Origin: Pirellulales bacterium
Lineage (GTDB): Bacteria > Planctomycetota > Planctomycetia > Pirellulales > UBA1268
Assembly (NCBI GenBank): GCA_017853835.1
Contig: JAFMIU010000006.1
Span: 340-64,339, forward strand
Reading direction: 5' to 3'
DNA: 64,000 nucleotides
Numbering within the stretch: position 1 is the stretch's first letter; every line of letters begins with the position of its first letter. The notes beneath the pieces were generated by a model that was not told the DNA's origin, searched no databases, and saw only the letters and a program-made list of their open reading frames with translations. The position numbers and the translations under genes were made by a program. Shown piece by piece: positions 52,411-58,959 of this stretch.

Positions 52411-52899
52411 TCACTTCACGGCAACCGGCACCTTCCGCGACGTGCTGACGGCCGACTTCGTGAGGTCGACCGTCAGGATTCCGTTGTCGAACGAGGCCGA
52501 GACCTTCTCCGGATCGACCGGATCGGGCAGCGGGATCGTGCGGCTGAACGCCCCGTAGTGACTCTCGACGTGGGACCAGCCGTTGCCGCCCTTCGACACC
52601 TTCGACTTCTTTTCACCGGAAATCACGAGCCGATCCTCGGTGACATCCACATCGACCGCCTTGGGATCGATGCCTGGCAGCTCAGCCCTCACCTGGATCG
52701 TCGTTGGATCATCAGCGATGTCGATCGCCGGCAGCCACTGCCCAGGCGAGGAGGTCTCGAACCACGTTGGCATCGTGGATGACCGGGTGAACAACCCGTC
52801 GAACAGCCTGTTCATCTCGGCCCGTACATCGGAAAGTGGCCTGGCTGCCAGGGGCTCGAGGCCACTTGATCGCCAGCTCTGAAAGGGTATCAGGACCAT
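52411..52899 (-). CDS. Hsp20/alpha-crystallin small heat-shock protein
   Basis: ELPGIDPKAVDVDVTEDRLVISGEKK...GAFSRTIPLPDPVDPEKVSASFDNGILTVDL. AGGAG SD upstream of ATG 52899. Confidence 0.88.
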   Translation of the reverse strand: MVLIPFQSWRSSGLEPLAARPLSDVRAEMNRLFDGLFTRSSTMPTWFETSSPGQWLPAIDIADDPTTIQVRAELPGIDPKAVDVDVTEDRLVISGEKKSKVSKGGNGWSHVESHYGAFSRTIPLPDPVDPEKVSASFDNGILTVDLTKSAVSTSRKVPVAVK

Positions 52900-53088
52900 G
52901 GGTACGTATCTCCTCTGAGGAAAGAAAAATGGAACCATCCGGTGAGCCGCCCAACACGGCGTCGGTGCGGCGAGAAGCCGCGCGTCCTGGCGGGGTAAGG
53001 ATTCGCAGCGTCCAACTCAAAGGCAAGCAGCATGGGTGATACGAACCACGAATCACACCCGTGGGCTGGAAGTTGCCCAGGCCCCGTG

Positions 53089-54315
53089 TCAATACCGATA
53101 GACCGCGGCAAGGCCGGTTGACGATGGCATCGCCTCACGATCGAGCGCCAACACCTGCCCACGGTGCAACACGACCGTTTCGGCAATCGCTCCGAAGACG
53201 TCCTCACCCGCAGGACGTGAGCTGGACCGTTGAGGCGGCAGATCGGCCTCGGGCACGATGGCCCCCGCAATCAGCCCCGTCCGCGCATCGTAGACCCCTG
53301 GCTCAAACCGGTCCTTCTCGACCAGAAGCGTTGCGACACGGCCGCAGGCGGCGGCTTCACCGATCTCAGACAGGTTGGTCGCGCCACGGCCGCGCACCAC
53401 CGCCGCCTCGAATGCGGCCAACACCATTCCCAGACGATGCTGCCTCACCGCCGTCATGACGGCGGCGGCAGCTGCGGCAAGATCGCATTGAGGTGCCAGG
53501 TGCATGTCCTTGTCGACTCCCTCACCAAGCAACGCGGGGTTGCGTGACAATCGCCGATACACCGCCGCGAGCGGTTTAGGGGCCGCGAGGATCACCGGCA
53601 TGTCGACCGGAAAACCGGCCGACACAAGCCCCCGATCGACGTGCCGCAGAAACGTGATCGTGTCGGTATCGATCTCATCGTGTCGGGATCCAAACCCTCC
53701 GTGGAGTTGCATCCAAGGCGTTCTCATCCGGCGTGTTCGATGTGGCTCGCGCTGCTCTTCCTCGACGATGTCTCCGCGAAACATCGCCCCCAGGGCGGCC
53801 ATCCGGCCCCACGCGGGGGGAAGCGGGGCCGGAACGAACCTCGCCACCTGCCCGTCGGTCACTCGCCCCGCGTACACCCGGGCAAGCCTGCTGGTGAGCA
53901 CAAGCAGCAAAAACTCCTCCGACGCACAGGCCATGCGGAGCAGCGGAAGCGTGTGATACCGCGGTGCAACGACCGCGAGCGGAGGCACGGGCTCCGGGAG
54001 CAAGAACCCGTTCGCCTCGCCGTCGGCGGCGAAAACCACGAGGCCCTCGCTGGTATGCTCCCAAAACGGTGCGTGGTCGGCGAGCGCCTCGAGCGGCGAC
54101 AAAAGACGATCAACCTCGGATGGCCGGCGACCATCGCGGAGGCCCCGCCGAAGCGTCGCGAGGAGCTGACGATAGGTTGGCTGGTCAACCGTGTTGTCGG
54201 GCACGTTGCGGTGGGTCGGCAGATACACCGACAGGCAGGTTCCGTTCGACGGTTCGAGAAACGCTCGCACGACCTCGGGCGCGAAGGGATGGACGGGAAA
54301 GGGCAACGAAGCCAT
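53089..54315 (-). CDS. baeRF-like protein (bacterial homologue of archaeo-eukaryotic release factor eRF1/Pelota fold)
   Basis: N-terminal LSVYLPTHR. Domain-3-like GATNLSEIGEAAACGRVATLLVEKD (compare GAVETLLI of eRF1/Pelota). C-terminal GLAAVYRY (compare GIGAILRY). No GGQ; the equivalent region carries HGGFG. Confidence 0.5.
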   Translation of the reverse strand: MASLPFPVHPFAPEVVRAFLEPSNGTCLSVYLPTHRNVPDNTVDQPTYRQLLATLRRGLRDGRRPSEVDRLLSPLEALADHAPFWEHTSEGLVVFAADGEANGFLLPEPVPPLAVVAPRYHTLPLLRMACASEEFLLLVLTSRLARVYAGRVTDGQVARFVPAPLPPAWGRMAALGAMFRGDIVEEEQREPHRTRRMRTPWMQLHGGFGSRHDEIDTDTITFLRHVDRGLVSAGFPVDMPVILAAPKPLAAVYRRLSRNPALLGEGVDKDMHLAPQCDLAAAAAAVMTAVRQHRLGMVLAAFEAAVVRGRGATNLSEIGEAAACGRVATLLVEKDRFEPGVYDARTGLIAGAIVPEADLPPQRSSSRPAGEDVFGAIAETVVLHRGQVLALDREAMPSSTGLAAVYRY

Positions 54316-54676
54316 CGATGGAACCCCAGATGAACGGTGGCCGCACGGTAGCCCGCGCGGAAGTGCCTCACACTGTAGGCGTCACACCATGAAACCGGTG
54401 CGGTCGTGGCCTTCGGAGACACGATCCGACGATCATGCCGTGGAGACGCGGCAGACGGACACCTGGGCTGCATGGCGATCGCATACGTGACGATCGCTTC
54501 GGCACGTCGATCACTAGGCGTTTGCTCTCACGAAGTGTCCGGCAACGGCACTCTTGCGCTCCATGCCTCTCGGCGTGTATCCGTTGCCCCGCGCCAGGTG
54601 CCGTTCAACGATTGCGTGAACACGCCCATGCGGCGATGCAGTCCGCGAAGGATCGCTCTGACGTCAGGAGCATTCC

Positions 54677-55141
54677 ATGGTGGCGCTGTCGACGGTCGGA
54701 TCCGATGCATGTGACGGCGTGCCGCGATGCTTGGCGTTCACCGCGAATCGGTCGGCCCGCGACCGAGTGCGTGCAGCCCTGGCGCTCGACGGACGCATGC
54801 GCTGCGTTGCGCCGGCCTCCCGAGAGCATCTGGCAATCTCTCGTCACGGCATCTATTCAATCGTGATCATCGATCTCCCGTCACTCGTGGGCGACTGGCG
54901 ACAGGACGGCCTGTCCCTCATCGAACAGTGGGCACGATGGGAGCGTGCAGTCGTCATCGCCTGCGGACAGACCGAAGACGCTGACGAGGAACAGACGGTG
55001 CGAATGCTGGGAGCCGGAGTTTATCTTCCCGGCGCGCCGCTCGATGCCGCGGTCGACGTGGCGATGCGGTCATGGCTGTGGCAAACTCGGCGTGAAATCG
55101 ATGGCCTCGGCCGGCTCGTCGGCGGTCCCTCGGCACAATAA
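54677..55141 (+). CDS. Possible degenerate (pseudo-)receiver domain protein
   Basis: GGAG SD 8 nt upstream. The alternating beta/alpha pattern ...SIVIIDLPS...GLSLIEQW...AVVIACG...GAGVYLPGAP resembles CheY-like receivers, but the N-terminal acidic pair and the conserved Lys are absent. Confidence 0.35.
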   Translation: MVALSTVGSDACDGVPRCLAFTANRSARDRVRAALALDGRMRCVAPASREHLAISRHGIYSIVIIDLPSLVGDWRQDGLSLIEQWARWERAVVIACGQTEDADEEQTVRMLGAGVYLPGAPLDAAVDVAMRSWLWQTRREIDGLGRLVGGPSAQ

Positions 55142-55186
55142 GCCGTTCGGCCTCGTCCCGCTGAAGGCATCATGACGATGGGGCGC

Positions 55187-55864
55187 TCACGTCCCGGCGT
55201 CGTCGTGCAGGTGCCGGGTGAACCAGTCGGAGGCCCTCCGTGCGGACTCGGCGAGCGTTCCAGGCTCCTCGAAGAGATTGCTCGCCCCCGGAATGACATC
55301 GAGTTGCCGGTCCTCGCACCCGATTTCGGCCAGGAAATGGCGGTTCACCGCCAGTCCGTCGAGGTCATCACCGCCAACGATCAGGAGCGTGGGGGCGTGA
55401 ACCGAGCGGAGTTTCCGCCCCGCAAGGTCAAGACGGCCACCACTTGAAACAACCGCTTTTACCGTAGGCTCACACGCGGCTACCGCCAACGCGGCCGCCG
55501 CATCCGTGCCGGCACCGAACAGCCCGATGGACAGGTAACGCAGTTCCTCCCTGCGTTGCGCGAAACGAATCGCCACCAGCAGCCGTTCCGCAAGGAGCGG
55601 AATGTCGACGGTGGTCGCATGATGAGCGGACTCACCGTCGGTCAGAAGGTCGAACACAAGCGTGCTGATCCAGAAATCGTTCAGCACGCCGGCCACTGCG
55701 GCATGGCGATCGCTCGGAAGGCTAGATTCGCTGCCGCGGGCCAAGATGACCATGCCCGTCGGCGTCGCGGGAACGGTCAGACTGCCTGGCAAGGGAATCG
55801 ACCGCCCGTGAGCCCCTTTGGCGGGAACTATCACATCGAAGGTCTCGCAGAGCGGGCTGAGCAT
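55187..55864 (-). CDS. Dienelactone-hydrolase-like alpha/beta-fold protein, apparently lacking nucleophile and His
   Basis: DLH-like collinearity (APTLLIVGGDD, EEPGTL). The expected G-x-S-x-G elbow reads GAGTD and the expected PGA-x-H-x-F reads PGASNLF. Its ATG shares one base with the HPF stop (TGATG). Confidence 0.65.
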   Translation of the reverse strand: MLSPLCETFDVIVPAKGAHGRSIPLPGSLTVPATPTGMVILARGSESSLPSDRHAAVAGVLNDFWISTLVFDLLTDGESAHHATTVDIPLLAERLLVAIRFAQRREELRYLSIGLFGAGTDAAAALAVAACEPTVKAVVSSGGRLDLAGRKLRSVHAPTLLIVGGDDLDGLAVNRHFLAEIGCEDRQLDVIPGASNLFEEPGTLAESARRASDWFTRHLHDDAGT

Positions 55865-56454
55865 CACGGCTCCTTGGACGAGGGATGAACGGGGTGGTGA
55901 CGATGCGGATGGGCGAGGTGCACGACGGTCGCCTGAGGCCCGTTGTCGCCGTCCTCCACCGTGAAGACCACCTCCGATCCGCGATCGATCATTTGAAACT
56001 CGTCGTCGCTCATGGCGTGGTGGTGGAAATACACCTCTCGACCGTCGGGCGTGACAATGAAACCATACCCCTGAAGCGGAAAGATCTGCGAAATCTCGCC
56101 GTGAAGACGGGGCACGTGGGCCTTGTCTTCGCCCCGCATTCGCCGAACATGGTCTTCGAGCCGCCTGCGAGCCGCATCGAAGGCGTCTCGCATCGCCACG
56201 TAGACGTCCTCGTGGGCACGATTCTGGTGGTGGTCATGGTTCACCACGATCTCCCCACCTGGCATCAGTATGTCAACTCGCACCGAGTAGAGGTTCCCCG
56301 CACGATGACGGCGGTGCGGCATCGCCACCACCACGTGGCAGCCGGTGATCTGGGACGAAAACCGCTCGAGCTGGGCAACATGGTCAAGGGCGGCTTCCCG
56401 CACCGCATCATCAATGGGAATACCGTCAAACGACACCTCGGGCTGGGTCTGCAT
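55864..56454 (-). CDS. HPF/RaiA-family ribosome-associated factor fused to a cold-shock (CSD/OB) domain
   Basis: The N-half matches the YfiA/HPF pattern (…YSVRVDILMPGGEIVV…EDVYVAMRDAFDAARRRLE). The C-half is GYGFIVTPDGREVYFHHHAMSDDEFQMIDRGSEVVFTVEDGDNGPQATVV (CspA-like). AAGGAG SD 8 nt upstream. Confidence 0.8.
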   Translation of the reverse strand: MQTQPEVSFDGIPIDDAVREAALDHVAQLERFSSQITGCHVVVAMPHRRHRAGNLYSVRVDILMPGGEIVVNHDHHQNRAHEDVYVAMRDAFDAARRRLEDHVRRMRGEDKAHVPRLHGEISQIFPLQGYGFIVTPDGREVYFHHHAMSDDEFQMIDRGSEVVFTVEDGDNGPQATVVHLAHPHRHHPVHPSSKEP

Positions 56455-56908
56455 GGTGAGGCTCCTTACGGGGCAGGGATTTACGTTTCGGACGACATGC
56501 CGGCGGCTCGGACAACGAGAAGACGATCATCTCCTCGCCGGTGATTGTTGAGATGTCGTGGTGCACGCTCACGAGCTTCACACCAACCGCCATCTCCACG
56601 ATCTCGGCCAGCTTGGAACGACCTACCGCGACCATGTGGGCGCGCATCTGCTTGAGCAAGGAGCGACCATTGCCATTGCCATTGCCATTGCCGCCCGTCT
56701 TCACATCCCCGTCGTCGCCGACGCCGGCTGACACCGGCGGAGCGAGCAACTGTCGCTCCGCCGGTGTCAGCACCCCCTGAAGTCGCACGACCAGCAAATT
56801 GCCAACCAAGTGGGAGTGGATGTCTCGCGGGCCTCGGCCGACGAACTCCTGCTGAAACCGGGAAATGCCGTCGCACACAGCAGCTTCGATCTCGCCCTGG
56901 GATTTCAT
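56426..56908 (-). CDS. DUF2294 (MpsC-like) protein with Gly/Asn-repeat insertion
   Basis: MKSQGEIEAAVCDGISRFQQEFVGRGPRDIHSHLVGNLLVVRLQGVLTPAERQL...LVSVHHDISTITGEEMIVFSL. GGAGAA SD. Internal ATG 56908 of the track ORF. Confidence 0.75.
   Translation of the reverse strand: MKSQGEIEAAVCDGISRFQQEFVGRGPRDIHSHLVGNLLVVRLQGVLTPAERQLLAPPVSAGVGDDGDVKTGGNGNGNGNGRSLLKQMRAHMVAVGRSKLAEIVEMAVGVKLVSVHHDISTITGEEMIVFSLSEPPACRPKRKSLPRKEPHHADPARGVV
56667..56692. repeat. Hexanucleotide microsatellite (CCATTG)x4 inside DUF2294 coding sequence, encoding (NG)4
   Basis: ccattgccattgccattgccattgcc read directly from the sequence. Confidence 0.9.
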
Positions 56909-56939
56909 GCGACTTCTCCGGAGTGAGGGTGGACGAATG

Positions 56940-57188
56940 TCACGAAACGCGATGGCCAGCGGCGCTGGGCACGATCGTTCCATCGACGGTGACCGCGTGG
57001 GCACCGTTGCCATTGCAAATGCGATCCCACACCTCGCGACGATGGATTGGCATCCGAGAGTCGGCGGTAAAACCCAGCCGCACACGGCCCTGATCGATCT
57101 GGAGCACCGTGATCTCCAGAACGATTTCGAGGTCATGAGGCTGAGCGATCACCACACTTTCGCGATTCTTCCTGGTCAGTACCAACAT
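56940..57188 (-). CDS. csrA: Carbon storage regulator CsrA/RsmA homologue with C-terminal extension
   Basis: MLVLTRKNRESVVI...ITVLQIDQGRVRLGFTADSRMPIHRREVWDRI is collinear with the E. coli and B. subtilis CsrA sequences as recalled from memory (MLxLxR, GxxV(R/K)(I/L)G, HRxE). AGGUGA SD 4 nt upstream. Confidence 0.8.
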   Translation of the reverse strand: MLVLTRKNRESVVIAQPHDLEIVLEITVLQIDQGRVRLGFTADSRMPIHRREVWDRICNGNGAHAVTVDGTIVPSAAGHRVS

Positions 57189-57717
57189 ATGTCACCTTCT
57201 TCATGGCTGTGAGTCCCTTCGGATAGTAACCCCGCCGGACGGATCCATGGCCGTCCGCGCCATCGACATGGAAGTGGTCATCGACGGCAACGCCGAATGC
57301 CGCCGGGTGCCCGCCGAGCACGATGAGATCGATCGCCGCCTCCGTCGTGCAGGTCTTGAAAAGGCTACCGGTGGCCGTATCGATGTGGGTCGCCACAGCC
57401 CCCACCACCACGCCGGAGTGAGCCCGAACATGGTCGCGAAGGGCCTCGAACGACGACTCGACGAGCGAACGGTGCCAGGCGACAACGCGGTCATACCCAG
57501 AGGCCGACATCACGAGTTGGCGTTCCATCCCTGAGAGTGCCGTATGGATCGTGATCACGACCGAGGACGCCCCTGAGGAGATGGCGATGCTCCGTGGAAG
57601 GCGACCGAGGAGTCGCGCCTCGAAATCGCCGACGGCCCATGCGATCTGCCGCGCCCGGCGGAGCGCATCGTGACCGGCCTGGCGAGGGGCACGAACAGCA
57701 GCGGAAAGAGGAGACAT
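57133..57717 (-). CDS. Divergent DUF2294-like protein with ~70-aa C-terminal extension overlapping the csrA start
   Basis: GRLPRSIAISSGASSVVITIHTALSGMERQL...ATHIDTATGSLF parallels the GRGPRDI...LTPAE(R/Q)QL...HHDISTxTGE pattern of the two neighbouring paralogues. Start is ATG 57717 or GTG 57729. Confidence 0.5.
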   Translation of the reverse strand: MSPLSAAVRAPRQAGHDALRRARQIAWAVGDFEARLLGRLPRSIAISSGASSVVITIHTALSGMERQLVMSASGYDRVVAWHRSLVESSFEALRDHVRAHSGVVVGAVATHIDTATGSLFKTCTTEAAIDLIVLGGHPAAFGVAVDDHFHVDGADGHGSVRRGYYPKGLTAMKKVTYVGTDQEESRKCGDRSAS

Positions 57718-57794
57718 GGGCGGCAGCACTCCGGGGGCGAGGGTGAGGTCGGTTTGAAGATCGCGTACCGGGTGCCAACGCGTCGTTCTGGAAT

Positions 57795-57851
57795 GAAAAC
57801 GAAAAAAGCCGGCGAGGGAGGCTGCCCGTGGGCCTGCTCTCTCACCGGCTT
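57795..57851 (-). terminator. Strong Rho-independent terminator (minus strand)
   Basis: RNA: AAGCCGGUGAGAGAG-(16 nt)-CUCCCUCGCCGGCUU followed by UUUUCGUUUUC. 15-bp stem with one G.U pair and one mismatch. Confidence 0.65.
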
Positions 57852-57948
57852 ACGCTGCGCTGGACCGCCGGCTACGCCGGCCTGCCCCTCGACTCGTCTT
57901 CCGCGAAATGTTGTTTTTGCCGAGTTTGAGACTGGTTTTCGCAACCAT
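57850..57948 (-). other. 32-codon basic sORF or untranslated leader/sRNA between promoter and terminator
   Basis: ATG 57948 ... TAA 57852..57850 encodes MVAKTSLKLGKNNISRKTSRGAGRRSRRSSAA. Locally AT-rich with atypical AAA/AAC codons. The SD is poor (GAGA abuts the ATG). Confidence 0.3.
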
Positions 57949-57967
57949 TCTCGCTTCGACGTTCGCG

Positions 57968-57995
57968 ATTATACGTGGCGATCTGGGCAAGGCAA
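57968..57995 (-). promoter_or_regulatory. Sigma70-like promoter (minus strand): TTGCCT - 16 nt - TATAAT
   Basis: A perfect TATAAT hexamer (57973..57968) in a high-GC context, with TTGCCT at 57995..57990. Confidence 0.45.
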
Positions 57996-58092
57996 GAAGA
58001 CTCTGCGGGCGATCAACAGTCATTGAAGCCACCTCCACTGAAATGACGAACGAATACCACAACACCCCCCCCTCGGGGGGCTTCTCCGCAGG

Positions 58093-58515
58093 ATGCCAGA
58101 CATGCGATCCCGAGGCGAAATCGAGGCGGCGGTCTGCAGTGCGGTGGCCCGCTTCCAGCAGGATTACATGGGGCGTGGCCCGCGAGACATCCAGGCCCAT
58201 CTGATCGACGACACGCTCGTCGTGCACCTGCGTGGCGTGCTCTCAGCAGCCGAACAGCGATTGATCGATCGCGTCGATGGCTCAAATGGCCGTGGGGCTG
58301 ATCTCTTGAAGCAGCTGCGCAGTCATCTCGTGCTCACGGGCCGGCCAGTGCTCGAGGAACTCGTGGCTGTTGCCACCGGCGCGCGGCCGATCACCATGCA
58401 CCACGATATCAGCACGGCCACGGGTGAGGAAGTGATCGTGGTCACGCTGGCGGCCGCCCCCGTCCTCCGCACTCGACGAGACGCGGCCAAGGTGTCCCAA
58501 CGGCCACCATCATGA
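58093..58515 (+). CDS. DUF2294 (MpsC-like) protein
   Basis: RSRGEIEAAVCSAVARFQQDYMGRGPRDIQAHLIDDTLVVHLRGVLSAAEQRL...ITMHHDISTATGEEVIVVTL. Close paralogue of 56426..56908. Confidence 0.75.
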   Translation: MPDMRSRGEIEAAVCSAVARFQQDYMGRGPRDIQAHLIDDTLVVHLRGVLSAAEQRLIDRVDGSNGRGADLLKQLRSHLVLTGRPVLEELVAVATGARPITMHHDISTATGEEVIVVTLAAAPVLRTRRDAAKVSQRPPS

Positions 58516-58641
58516 GCGATCGGGTGAGCATTGCCGTCGGACAAAACGCCGCCTACCGTGCCCATGCGACCGCAACCATGCGAACCGCATGTTGCTCCAG
58601 GGCCGGAGACGTCTCATTACCCGTCCTGTGCCAGGAGAGAT

Positions 58642-58899
58642 ATGACCATGACGATTGCAGCTGAGGCTGAAATTGCCCACATCGGCGAGACCGCGGGCTG
58701 CCGCGATCACGACCACGACCTCGTCCACGAGCTGAGCCGCCGGCTCGACGCCCTATGGCGATACGACCAGTACATCGCCAATGCCGAATGGCGGGACGAG
58801 CTGCGGTCGTTTTGGCAGGACTGCAAAGCATCCGAACAGCAGGCGATCTGCCGGCTGCGGCAGCTGATCCGCCAGGAAGTCGCTAATGACTGCTTTTAA
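58642..58899 (+). CDS. Small helical hypothetical protein (85 aa)
   Basis: AGGAGAG SD 3-4 nt upstream of ATG 58642. HDLVHELSRRLDALWRYDQYIANAEWRDELRSFWQD. Confidence 0.5.
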   Translation: MTMTIAAEAEIAHIGETAGCRDHDHDLVHELSRRLDALWRYDQYIANAEWRDELRSFWQDCKASEQQAICRLRQLIRQEVANDCF

Positions 58900-58959
58900 C
58901 GTCCCCGGACGTCGCCGGGGCGGTCGAGCGACCGCCCCGGCGGCAGGCCGTACAGACCG

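Noticed and set aside
57763-57777. Sigma-54-type promoter TGGCACccggtacGC on the minus strand just upstream of the csrA operon.
   Set aside because: The GG-N10-GC spacing fits, but the -12 element is ACGC rather than TTGC. TGGCAC hexamers are expected by chance several times in 64 kb of GC-rich DNA. This is not enough support for a call.
57797-58090. CsrB/RsmZ-like decoy sRNA next to csrA.
   Set aside because: I read the minus-strand transcript and the surrounding spacer for GGA motifs. Only about three are present and they are not in repeated hairpin loops, unlike Csr/Rsm sponge RNAs, which carry many. It is kept only as a generic leader/sRNA candidate.
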